A DNA stretch of 64,000 nucleotides from a virus: positions 1 to 64,000 of the IMG/VR virus record IMGVR_UViG_3300028590_000009. The stretch is one strand, 5' to 3'. Position 1 is the first letter of the stretch; the number at the start of each line of letters is the position of its first letter. Below, in pieces: positions 1-9,800 of this stretch. The notes beneath the pieces are model-generated. The model searched no databases. It was not told where the DNA came from and saw only the letters and a list, made by a program, of their open reading frames with translations. The translations under genes were made by a program, and so were the position numbers.

Positions 1-132
1 ATCGAGAAGGAAGCCTAGGCGGAAGCTGAGGCGCAACAGCCGGTCATGCTCGACACTCCTGGCGATTTCGTAGGCGGAAAGCCTGCCGCTGAGGATCCAG
101 CCGAGGATGACCCGTTCGCCAAGGCTGCCTGA
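1..132 (+). CDS. C-terminal end of probable portal protein (partial; in-frame TAG at 16-18)
   Basis: Frame 1 reads IEKEA*AEAEAQQPVMLDTPGDFVGGKPAAEDPAEDDPFAKAA*. It is an acidic tail whose TGA overlaps the ATG at 132, and it lies directly upstream of the minor capsid gene. Confidence 0.5.
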
Positions 133-1100
133 TGCCGCTCACCCCCACTTATGGCGATGGCCGTGTCGGCCCGGTGATGCTGCTCTATCTGGCGGGGGAG
201 CGGGCACTGTGGCGACTGATCGGCCAGTATTTGACGGACGGTCGCGGTTTGCGCCGCCCGTGGGTGACTCGACAACTGTTGCGGATCCCCGCGTTTCGTC
301 GTGGCGCTGCCCGCATCGTGATCGGTGTCGCGACACAAGCAGCGGTCTTGATCGCCGCCCTGCTGCTGCGAGCCTTCCGTGACGGTGCCGCTGCTGCCCG
401 CGCTGACCTACCGGGCCGTCCGCGCGTCCTCGCTGTCGAGTCGACAGCTGTCGAGCACGCCGCGCGCGTGCTGGAGGCGTTGAAGCCACTACATGACAGC
501 CTGCCAAATGTCGCCGAGCGTGTGTATCGGACAGTGCTGGATGACGTTGCGCGCGCGGCAGATCCCCTCTCGGATGCAGATCGTGACGTGATCGTGCGCA
601 AAGCGTTGGAGCGTGAAGCCCGCCGAGGATTCACAGGCTACGTGGATCCGCGCGGGCGCCGCTATGAGGCGATTGGCTGGATCGAGATGTTGATCCGGGC
701 GACCTGCACTCACGCCGAGGTCGACGGCTACTGCGAACAGTTGACGGCCGAGGGGCATGACCTGTTCGTCGTCTCCGACGTGCCTGGCGCGTGCGAACTT
801 TGTCGACCGATGGAAGGTCACGTAATCAGCATCTCCGGGTCTACAGTCGGTGCGATTACGCGTGAGTCGAGTACCGGACGAACTGTCACAGTGACGGTTC
901 TGTGCTCGTTGGCTGAGGCACGGAAACGCGGCCTATTCCATCGCGGCTGCCGACATTCGATCCGAGTGTGGACACCTGACGATCCCGCACCGCCCCGCGC
1001 CATCCGCGCGACCCCCGCTCAACGTGCCGCCCGATCGAATGATCGCGCCGCAATACGTCGCCGCCGATCCCTCGACAGGATCGCTGCCGCAACACGATAA
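132..1100 (+). CDS. phage minor capsid / head morphogenesis (MuF-like) protein
   Basis: Motifs GYVDPRGRRY, CELCRPMEG and GLFHRGCRHS; located between portal and scaffold. Confidence 0.8.
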   Translation: MPLTPTYGDGRVGPVMLLYLAGERALWRLIGQYLTDGRGLRRPWVTRQLLRIPAFRRGAARIVIGVATQAAVLIAALLLRAFRDGAAAARADLPGRPRVLAVESTAVEHAARVLEALKPLHDSLPNVAERVYRTVLDDVARAADPLSDADRDVIVRKALEREARRGFTGYVDPRGRRYEAIGWIEMLIRATCTHAEVDGYCEQLTAEGHDLFVVSDVPGACELCRPMEGHVISISGSTVGAITRESSTGRTVTVTVLCSLAEARKRGLFHRGCRHSIRVWTPDDPAPPRAIRATPAQRAARSNDRAAIRRRRSLDRIAAATR

Positions 1101-1222
1101 CTGAATTCGCGCCCGAACAGGGCTCTCAATGACCCGGATGGTTTCTTACCTCCGGGTTTCGTCATTTCAACACCGTCCCGGCCTGGTGCCGCGCGGTGTT
1201 CACGTGTCCCAGGAGGACATTC

Positions 1223-1954
1223 ATGGCCGACGAAGCCACCCCCCAGGAAACCACAACTGAAGATACTGCCGCCGAAATCGAAGCCGATTCGACGGATTCG
1301 GATACCGAGGTCAGTGCCGATGTACAGGGCACTGAAACCGATACCGAAATTGCGGCCGAGGAAACTGCGGCTGCCGAGAAAACCTATGGCGAAACGTACG
1401 TCAAGAAATTGCGTGCCGAAGCCGCCAACGCCCGCGTCAAAGGCGCTGCCGCAGCGGAGAAAGCAGCCCAGGAGGCTGCCGTCAACGCCGAGAAGGCACT
1501 CACTGAAAAGTGGGCGAAGGCTCTCGGGCTCGCTGGCGACGACACCGAACCCGACCCGGCTGAACTGCTGAAACAGGCAGAGAAGCAGGCCGCGGAGTAT
1601 GCGCAGGAACGCGATTCCTACGCCGAAAAGCTCCGCAACTATGCACGCAAGGACGCACTGACCGACGCCGCCCGCACAGCGGATGGCGATCTCGATGCGA
1701 TCCTCGATTCCCGCAAGATCGCGGGCGAAATCGAAAAGCTCGACACGACCGCAGACGATTTCCCGGCCCTGGTGGCCGAAATCGTCAAGAGCGCGGTCGA
1801 TTCCAATCCGAAGCTGAAAAAGGCCGCCGACCGGGTGTCGGCTCCTCGTAGCGGCGGTGACCCTTCCGGCGGTAACGCAGCCCCAAATTCGCGTTCGCCG
1901 AAAACCGTTGACGACTTCCGCAAGGCAATGCAAGACGCCGCGAAGTCGAAGTAA
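1223..1954 (+). CDS. capsid scaffolding protein
   Basis: Acidic N-terminus, YVKKLRAEAANAR motif, helical character; SD AGGAGG at 1211; precedes the capsid gene. Confidence 0.85.
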   Translation: MADEATPQETTTEDTAAEIEADSTDSDTEVSADVQGTETDTEIAAEETAAAEKTYGETYVKKLRAEAANARVKGAAAAEKAAQEAAVNAEKALTEKWAKALGLAGDDTEPDPAELLKQAEKQAAEYAQERDSYAEKLRNYARKDALTDAARTADGDLDAILDSRKIAGEIEKLDTTADDFPALVAEIVKSAVDSNPKLKKAADRVSAPRSGGDPSGGNAAPNSRSPKTVDDFRKAMQDAAKSK

Positions 1955-1966
1955 AAGGAGCCACTA

Positions 1967-2908
1967 ATGGCGAATACCCTTCTCACTCCCGATGTGCTGG
2001 CGACTGCCGCGCTCGCGAACCTGTACGAGCAGTTGGTCATGGTACCGCTGGTGTACACCGATGTGTCGAGCGATTTCACTCGCGCGAAGGTCGGCGAGAC
2101 CGTCAACATTCGCAAGCCCGCGACCTTCACGGCGCAGACCTTCGTTCGCGCTGACGGCATCACCATCCAGAACGCGACCGAGACCAGCGTCCCGGTCGTC
2201 CTGAACACCATCAAGGACGTGTCCTTCGCGATCACTGCGGAGGATCTGACCCTGCACCTGAACGACTTCACCGAGCAGCTGCTGCGTCCGGCGATGGAAG
2301 CTCTGGCGCAGTCGATCGACCGGGCGATCATCGCCCAGGCCAAGGCCGACTTCACCGCCATCGCGGGCGACGAGTACTTCCCCGGCACCACGACCGGCGC
2401 GCACGACAACTGGCAGCATCCCGAGGTGCTGATCGAGGCGGGCCGCCTGCTCGACATCTCGAATGTTCCGGACAGCGAGCGCGCAGCCGTTGTCGGTCCG
2501 ACCACGAAGGCTAAGTGGTTGAACGCCGACATCCTCAAGCACGCCGACAAGTCCGGTTCGACCATGGCTCTGCGCAAGGGCAGCATCGGCGAGAACCTGT
2601 TCTCGTTCGACGCCTACATGACGCAGAATATCGTGCAGCCCGCCGGCAGCCCGTCGACCGGTCAGCCCACCACCGAGGTCGGTTTGGCGTTCCATCGCAC
2701 CGCGCTGGCGCTCGCCTCGGCCCCGCTCGCGGCCCCGTCCGACGGCTCCTGGCATTCGGTCCAGTCCTACAAGGGCCTGAGCCTGCGACTGGTCAAGAAA
2801 TACGACATCAACAAGAAGCAGGACGTCTGCTCGGTCGACATCCTGTTCGGCACCAAAACCTTGGATGCCAACCGCGGCGTGCTCCTCAAGGGCGACAACG
2901 CCTCCTGA
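1967..2908 (+). CDS. major capsid protein (P22 coat gp5-like)
   Basis: MANTLLT start, GETVNIRKP, LAFHRTALALA, C-terminal SVDILFGTKTLD; SD AAGGAG. Confidence 0.9.
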   Translation: MANTLLTPDVLATAALANLYEQLVMVPLVYTDVSSDFTRAKVGETVNIRKPATFTAQTFVRADGITIQNATETSVPVVLNTIKDVSFAITAEDLTLHLNDFTEQLLRPAMEALAQSIDRAIIAQAKADFTAIAGDEYFPGTTTGAHDNWQHPEVLIEAGRLLDISNVPDSERAAVVGPTTKAKWLNADILKHADKSGSTMALRKGSIGENLFSFDAYMTQNIVQPAGSPSTGQPTTEVGLAFHRTALALASAPLAAPSDGSWHSVQSYKGLSLRLVKKYDINKKQDVCSVDILFGTKTLDANRGVLLKGDNAS

Positions 2909-2922
2909 TCCAACCCATCCTG

Positions 2923-2956
2923 ACGGCCTCGAACCCAGCACGGTTCGAGGCCGTTT
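2923..2956 (+). terminator. hairpin terminator after the capsid gene
   Basis: 13-bp stem ACGGCCTCGAACC/GGTTCGAGGCCGT followed by TT. Confidence 0.65.
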
Positions 2957-2959
2957 GGG

Positions 2960-3184
2960 ATGCAACGACTTTGGAGTATCGAAGTGCACGGATACCGTGA
3001 CATTCATACCGGGCAAATCGTTCTGTCCGACCAGCCGCGCGACGACCTGCTGGAGTGGGCGTATTGGCGAGAGCTTTCACCGGCCGAGGTCGCTGAACTC
3101 GACAAGGCCGACGAGCCCGCCAAGAAAGCCCCGGCGAAGAAGGCCGCACCACGCGCATCCGCGAAGGCGGAAGGCGGCGAGTAG
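2960..3184 (+). CDS. small head-associated protein
   Basis: 74-aa ORF with a Lys/Ala-rich tail between capsid and adaptor; start uncertain. Confidence 0.55.
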   Translation: MQRLWSIEVHGYRDIHTGQIVLSDQPRDDLLEWAYWRELSPAEVAELDKADEPAKKAPAKKAAPRASAKAEGGE

Positions 3185-3187
3185 CTG

Positions 3188-3622
3188 ATGCTCGTTTATG
3201 CCGCACCTGATGACCTGGCCGACTGGATCGGCGCCGACGACCTCCCGGATGATTCGGAAGGTGAACGGCTGATCAAGTACGCGTCCCGTCTGGTGCGCAA
3301 AGCCACCCGCTGCGACCGCTACGAGGTCGACCCGACCGGACTGCCTGTCGACCTGGATGTACTACATCCGATGCGGGACGCCACCTGCATTCAGGTCGCC
3401 GCATGGGTTGCTGCGGGGATCGATCCTGCTGGCGGTGTAGCTGGTCGTGAGATCGGGATCGCTTCACAGTCGGCGGACGGCGGATCGGTGTCTTACGCCG
3501 ATTCGGTGACTGCCGACGAGGTGCGCGAAACGGTCGAACGTCTCACTCCTGCCGCGCTGGATGTGCTGCGGGAGAACAAGCTCGCATCCGGGCGGCCGAC
3601 CGTGCTGGGGCAACGATGGTGA
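3188..3622 (+). CDS. head-to-tail adaptor
   Basis: MLVYA..DDLADW start, ASRLVRKAT, DATCIQVAAW; synteny. Confidence 0.8.
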   Translation: MLVYAAPDDLADWIGADDLPDDSEGERLIKYASRLVRKATRCDRYEVDPTGLPVDLDVLHPMRDATCIQVAAWVAAGIDPAGGVAGREIGIASQSADGGSVSYADSVTADEVRETVERLTPAALDVLRENKLASGRPTVLGQRW

Positions 3623-3987
3623 ACTACGCGCCACCTGTGTACGCGGCGGGCGTGATGCTCACTGTGGTTCGCCGCGGCACCGCGAACGCGAAGGACTGGC
3701 AAGGCGACTTCGCCACACCCACTCCCGCCACACATCAGATCGGCCCATGCGACCTGAAGTGGCTGACCGACACCGAGGACACGTCGAAAGGCGAAGTTCT
3801 GATGCGGTCCGCCCAGGTCACCGCACCTGCTGGCTCGGATGTGCTGGATTCGGACACGATCCAAATCCCGGGCGTCGACGGCGAGTTCGTCATCGACGGC
3901 GCTGTCCGCATCTCCCCGAACGGGTTCACAGGCTGGGCCACCGGGAAGCGATTCAAGATCGCGAAGGACGGACCCCGTGGAGTATGA
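3616..3987 (+). CDS. head-to-tail stopper
   Basis: Beta-rich 123 aa, APAGSDVLDSDTI...FVIDG; synteny. Confidence 0.7.
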   Translation: MVNYAPPVYAAGVMLTVVRRGTANAKDWQGDFATPTPATHQIGPCDLKWLTDTEDTSKGEVLMRSAQVTAPAGSDVLDSDTIQIPGVDGEFVIDGAVRISPNGFTGWATGKRFKIAKDGPRGV

Positions 3988-4276
3988 CGGCTCAGACTTC
4001 GACCTCGACACCACCTTCATGCGGACGTCAGAGGAACTGACCCAGTTCGTGCAGGAGATCGCCGAACAGGGCGCCGATCGTTGGGCTGTCCGGAGTCGCT
4101 GGCGTACGGGCTTCAATGCAACGAGCGTTTCGGCCCATGCAGGTCCGGGCGAAAACGGCGACATCGAAGGCGTCACCTACGCCTCCGGTTACTACGCCCG
4201 ATTCCGCGAGCACGGCACCCGCTGGAACAGGCCAGAGCATGTGATGCGCGACTTCATTCGAGACGTGGAGGGCTGA
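3977..4276 (+). CDS. neck protein (HK97 gp10-like)
   Basis: RTG...YARFREHGT motif; GTG start overlaps the upstream gene. Confidence 0.7.
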   Translation: MEYDGSDFDLDTTFMRTSEELTQFVQEIAEQGADRWAVRSRWRTGFNATSVSAHAGPGENGDIEGVTYASGYYARFREHGTRWNRPEHVMRDFIRDVEG

Positions 4277-4659
4277 TGCCACTGCCCCCATACCCCGAAT
4301 TCGACGATGTCATGAAGGCGTTGTTGGACGATATCGCGCCCGTAGTCACGCACGAATCCGACGAGATCCCCCCGCCCTACATCTATGTCACCCGCGTCGG
4401 CGGCGCCGACAACGGATGGTCGGACAACCCGATCATCGACGTCGAATACGTGGCCGACTCCCGTGCCGAGTCGAAGACTCTGAAAACGGCTGGGCAGGAA
4501 CGTATTCGCGCGGCCGGAAACACCAGGCCAGGCGGGTACCTGATCGACACCGCCGAGGAAAACCCCGGTGGCGGCGGCCAGTACATCCCGCCGCAACAGC
4601 GTGACCGTCGCGGCGTGACCGCCACCGTGCGCCTCTCCTATCGCAGGCCCCGCGCCTAG
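4276..4659 (+). CDS. tail terminator
   Basis: PYIYVTRVGG-DNG..DNPIIDVE motif; TGATG coupling; precedes the major tail gene. Confidence 0.8.
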   Translation: MPLPPYPEFDDVMKALLDDIAPVVTHESDEIPPPYIYVTRVGGADNGWSDNPIIDVEYVADSRAESKTLKTAGQERIRAAGNTRPGGYLIDTAEENPGGGGQYIPPQQRDRRGVTATVRLSYRRPRA

Positions 4660-4736
4660 CACTCTTTCACACTTTCACGCCACCCCGACGCTTCTGCGGG
4701 CGGGGCTCTGTGGCGTGCCCACACAAGGGATTGCCA

Positions 4737-5651
4737 ATGGCAGCAGTAACTTACGAAGACCTCGCTAATTGGAATGCCGCGACGATGCGGCGCGCCAACA
4801 AAGGCTTCGTCCTCATCGGCGACGATGACGCAACCATCCCCGCCGCCTTCACTGATGGTGTCAGCGCCGAATTCCAGGCCCTGCCGGACTTCCGCAGCTT
4901 GGGACTCATCGCGAAAGACGGCGCGCCCACATTCCGCCCCGAAGTCCAGTCCAACGATGTCGAGTCGTGGGGCGCGTTGGAGCCGACCCGCACCGACATT
5001 CTCTCGATGAACATGTCGGTGTCGTTCACCGCGCAGCAGACCAACCGCGACACCCTCGCCTTGTACGCGGGTATCAGCCTCGATGACGTCGTCGCCGATG
5101 CCACCACCAAGGAAATCCAGTTCAACAACCCGACCAGCCCGGCCACCCGGTACAACCGGTACATCTTCGGCATGGTCGACGGCGAAGGTGCTGACGCGAT
5201 CACGATCCTGCGGATTCTGCCTCGCGCCACCGTGTCCGAGATCGGTGAGCAGTCCTGGAGCCAGGAAAACGTCCTCACCTACAACTTTACCTTGAAGGCC
5301 AAGATCGACGAAGACCTCGGCTACTCGATGAAGAACGTGATCTGCGGTCCGGGTGTCGCCGGGATCCTCGCCGACATGGGCTTCACGGCCACCGCGCACA
5401 TCCCGATCATCTCGGGCCGCGCACCGTCCGGGAACCTCGCGACCGCTGGCGGCGAAATCCTGGTCCTGTCGGGCGACCACTTCACCGGCGTCACCGGCGT
5501 CACTGTCGGCGGCACCGCTGTCCTGGACTACCAGCTGGTCGACGACAACACGCTGTCGATCATCACCCCGGCCAAGAGCGCGTCCACGGTCAACATCGTG
5601 GTCACCAACGCTACCGGGCCTTCGGCGGGCTTCTCCGTCACCTACGCCTGA
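4737..5651 (+). CDS. major tail protein with C-terminal IPT/TIG (Ig-like) domain
   Basis: LGLIAKDG, VESWGALEPTRTDI; C-terminus GGEILVLSGDHFTGVTGVTVGG...ITPA. Confidence 0.9.
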   Translation: MAAVTYEDLANWNAATMRRANKGFVLIGDDDATIPAAFTDGVSAEFQALPDFRSLGLIAKDGAPTFRPEVQSNDVESWGALEPTRTDILSMNMSVSFTAQQTNRDTLALYAGISLDDVVADATTKEIQFNNPTSPATRYNRYIFGMVDGEGADAITILRILPRATVSEIGEQSWSQENVLTYNFTLKAKIDEDLGYSMKNVICGPGVAGILADMGFTATAHIPIISGRAPSGNLATAGGEILVLSGDHFTGVTGVTVGGTAVLDYQLVDDNTLSIITPAKSASTVNIVVTNATGPSAGFSVTYA

Positions 5652-5756
5652 TCTTCAGGCGCCCCTGATCGTCGTCCCGCGCGTGATTCCTGGCCGCGCG
5701 CGGGACGGCTCTACTCCCCAATTCTTCGCCAGGACATCCAAGCCAGGAGACCCCCC

Positions 5757-5960
5757 ATGGCTTTCACCCCTGTTCGCATGGCGTCACCGGACGGCCGCGA
5801 ATGCCTCGTCGGCTCCGCTACCGAGCGTGAACACCTGCGCGCCCGCGGCTACCGCATCGTCACCGCGCCGACCCCCGAGCCCGCGCCCGTCAAGGCCGAG
5901 CCGAAGCCTGCGCCGAAACCGGTCGCCAAGGTCGAGCCCGCGGACACCAAAAGCAAGTAG
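5757..5960 (+). CDS. small hypothetical protein between major tail and tail chaperone
   Basis: SD AGGAG at 5745; 67 aa with Pro/Lys-rich tail. Confidence 0.7.
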   Translation: MAFTPVRMASPDGRECLVGSATEREHLRARGYRIVTAPTPEPAPVKAEPKPAPKPVAKVEPADTKSK

Positions 5961-5991
5961 CACCAACCACTTCTAGCCAGGAGTTTCAGAC

Positions 5992-6381
5992 ATGGCAGCC
6001 CCCAGGAAGACCGCCGCAACCGTCGAAACCGACGCCCCGAAAAAGAGCCGTTGGGCGACGCTGCGGGACGAGGCACGCGCCAAGCACAAAGCATTGCCGC
6101 CGTACGAGTTCGATGGCACCACCCCGCCGACTCTGATCAGCGCACCCGACACTGTCGAACGTGCGACTGCTCTCGCGCGACTGATCGACTCGAAGGGGCG
6201 CGTCGACGAACGCGACGTGGTGCCACTGTTCGAATCCGTGTGCGGCGCAGCGTTCGACACCGTCTGGGATGTCATCAAAGACGAACCGATGGAAGTGTTG
6301 TTCCCGTTGTTCGCTGACATCAACACCCACTTCAGCAGCATCCCCGACGACGAAGGCGACGACCTCCCGGGAAACGCCTAG
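5992..6381 (+). CDS. tail assembly chaperone (short form)
   Basis: Located before the tape measure; ends ...LPGNA* at a slippery site. Confidence 0.85.
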   Translation: MAAPRKTAATVETDAPKKSRWATLRDEARAKHKALPPYEFDGTTPPTLISAPDTVERATALARLIDSKGRVDERDVVPLFESVCGAAFDTVWDVIKDEPMEVLFPLFADINTHFSSIPDDEGDDLPGNA

Positions 6382-6824
6382 CCCTCGTACTCCTCATCGA
6401 GGACTACGGGGAAGAAATCGAATACGACCTCCAAGATTTCCTGAAGGTCGACCTGGGCGAGTTCTTCCGGGGCGAACGACCGTGGGGCCAGCTGTACCGG
6501 TTCTTGCGGCGTCTGCCCTCGCACGGCTGGTATCACAGCGCGCTTGCGATGAACGAAGACGTCGGACGCATGCGGGCCGAACAGCCTATGCCTGAGGATA
6601 TCCCGCCACCGACACCGCACGGCTACAGCTTCCCGGTGTTGCTGCAACTGCGAGTCATCGACTTGCAGAAGGAAATCCTTCGCGCCCTGCCCGCCATTTT
6701 CGGCGGCAAACTCGGGCCACCCTTCCCGCCCGAACCGCGCCCCATGACCGCGGAAATGCGATTCCGGGATCAACGCGAGACGAAGAACGTCCATTCCGTC
6801 CTGGCTCAAATGGGCATTCGATGA
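5992..6824 (+). CDS. tail assembly chaperone, frameshifted long form
   Basis: -1 frame reads RLALVLLIEDYGEEIEYDLQDFLKVDLGEFFRG...; G/GT-type arrangement. Confidence 0.8.
6369..6375 (+). other. programmed -1 frameshift site G GGA AAC
   Basis: X XXY YYZ heptamer correctly phased just before the TAG; the -1 frame is open from 6375 to 6824. Confidence 0.85.
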
Positions 6825-6839
6825 ATTAGGTGGTGCCGG

Positions 6840-9800
6840 ATGGCAACATGGCCGGCCTATAGCGCAGGCAGTGCGCGGATCACTTTGAAAGCCCAGCTCA
6901 GCAGTACTTTCAAGGCTGACACAAAAGCCCTCCTTGCTCCGATCAAGGAGGGCTTGAAGGTCACCGTCTCGCCTGCATTGGCGACAGGTTTCAAGGCTGA
7001 CCTGAAAGAGAAGATCAAGACCGCCGCCGAGGGCGTCGACCAGAAGATCGCGTTCAAGCCGAAGCTTGCCGTCGGGTTCAAAACCGATTTGAAAGCGTTG
7101 GTCAAGACTGCCACGACCACGCTCGATCAGAAGATCGAGTTTTCGGCGTCGCTGAAGACCGGTTTCAAAACCGATCTCAAGGACGCCATCGACCTGGAGC
7201 TGACCGAATTCGGTCCAGAAGCAGTCGAGTTCGCGCCCGCGCTGGTGACGGGGTTCAAGAAGACCTTGAAGTCGGCGATCGACACGGAACTCACCGAGTA
7301 CGTGGAGAAAGTCAAGTTCGCGCCCGAACTGAAGTCCGGGTTCAAGACTGACCTGACTTCCGCTATCGACACTCTGTTGAGCACGAAAGCGGCCACGAAG
7401 GTCGAGTTCGCGCCGAAACTCCGCAAGGGGTTCACCGCGGATTTGAAGCTGGCTCTTGGTGGCGTGCTGTCGAAGATCCGCCCGGAGACGATGATCGAGT
7501 TCCGGCCGAAGCTCGCCAAGGGTTTCCGCACGGATCTCAGCACCAAACTGACGACGTCGACGGGAACCCTGCGGCCGAGCATCCCCGTGGACGCGGATCT
7601 GACGCAGGCGTCGGCGCAACTGCTGGCGTTCCGTACCGCGCAGGCGAATGTTCCGTTGACGATGAACGTCAACGTCGACACGGCGTTGGCTGCCGCGCAG
7701 TTGATGGCCTTGCGGTCGCTGGCGTCTGCTGTCGGCACGCAGGTCGGCGAGATCGGCAACGGGGTCGGCGGACGCGGTTCGCGCGCATTGACGGGCAACA
7801 TCTTCACCCGCCCGATTCGCGCTATCCGTCTGCGGGTCGAGCTGGACCGCGCATCACTGGCAGCTGCCGAGGCGCGCTTGGCGAACATTCAGTCACGTCT
7901 GTCGAACGCTCGCGATTCCCAATCGGACGCGGTCGGCCGCTTGAACGAGGCTGAGGCGCGCCACAACGAAGTGATGCGGAACGGCAATTCGACGCTCTCG
8001 CAACGTATCGCGGCAACGAACCGTCTCGCGCGCGCACGTCGCGCGGCATCCGAGGCGAGTGGTCGCGTATCGGGGCTGATGGGCGAGGAGTACGACGCCA
8101 ACCGTCGGGTCGATCGCGAACGCGACAATCAGTCCGGGTTCCGTCGCATCAGCCGTCTCGCTTCGGCGGGCTTCAACGGGCTCACGTCCGCCATCGGCGA
8201 CAGTGCCAAAAGCATGCTGTCGTTCCGCAACCTCACCAACGTGGCGACCATCGCTCTCGTCGGCTTGGCCGCGGTGTCCCTGATCCCGCTGCTCGGCCAG
8301 CTGGCGCAGGCTGCGGGCGTTCTCGCCCTGCTCCCTGCTGCTGGCGCGGCTGCCGTGAGCGTCTTTGCCACCCTGGCCGTTGGACTCAACGGTGTCGGCG
8401 ATGCGTTCTCGGCCGCGAAGAAGGCTGCGGAATCGGCAGACGAAGACCAGGCTGCCGCTGCGAAGAAGGTTGCGTCGGCTGAACGTGGCATTACGTCTGC
8501 TGAGCGTGGCGTGCGCGACGCGCACAAGAACACCTTGCAGGCGCAGAAGGACCTCACCAAGGCGCGCAAAGACGCAGCCGAGGAAATCGACGACCTGAAC
8601 CGGGCGCTCGGTCGCGTCGCATTGACTGAAGAGGCCGCGGCTATCGCCGTGGCCGAGGCTCAGCGTGAGCTTTACCAGACGTTCATGGATCCCGATTCCG
8701 ATGCGATTGATCGCGCGCGGGCGCAAAACAATGTCAAGCAGGCATTGGCTGACCAGGACGACCTGCGGCGGTCGAATCGCAAACTCGCCGAGACGGTTGA
8801 GGAAGCGAATCAGAAAGGCGTCGAAGGCTCGGACGCCGTCGTTGAGGCCAAGGATCGTGTTACTGCGGCACAAGAGGCCGAAAGTGATGCGACACAGGCT
8901 CTTGCCGACGCATACGAGACTTTGGCCGAGGCGCAAACCGAAGCGTCGAAGAAGGCTGATGCCTTCAACGAGGCGATGGAGAAACTGTCGCCGAACGCAC
9001 AGGCTTTCGTCCGCGCCATCCTGGACTTGAAGGAGTCCTACAGCGGGTTGCGACGCGAAGTCCAAGATGCTCTGTTCGACAAGATGGGGATCGCGGTCTC
9101 CAGTCTCGCGACCAAGTCGCTGCCGACCCTGAAAACCGGCCTGACCGGTATCGCGACCGAGATCAATCAGGGCGTTCGCCGTGCGATGGCCGACTGGCAG
9201 TCCGATGCCACACAGTCCACGCTCGCCAAGCTGTTCGAGAACGTCAAGAACTCGGTCGGCGGCGTGGTCGACGGCATCAACAACCTCGTCCAGGGCTTCC
9301 TGAATCTCGCTGCGGTCGGATCCGAATCGCTGCCCGGACTGTCGAACAGCTTCGAGAACCTGACACTGCGGTTCCGCGAGTGGACCGAGAACAGCGAAAA
9401 CCAGCAGAAATTCCGCGACTTCCTTCGCGAATCGCTGGACACCCTGAAGCAGGTCATCGAAATCGGCGGGCAAGTCGGCGGCCTCATTAAACGCATCTTC
9501 GCGGGATCGGATGAAGTCGGCGAAGGCTGGCTGACGTCGATGTCGGAAACCTTGGACCGCTGGAACGCGTTCCTCGACACACCCCAGGGCAAGAAGGATC
9601 TTCAAGAATTCTTCGACGGGATCAAGGACACCGTAAGCGCTCTCGCTGCGGCACTCTCGACCGTCGCAGGATGGATCCAGAAAATTGACGGCTGGAATCT
9701 GGGCGACAAGCTCAACAGTTCGCCCGTCGGCGGCATCCTCGGCCTCTTCGATGGCAATAAGACGCCATGGGAGAAAGCGAAGGGTGTCGGATCTGCCGCA

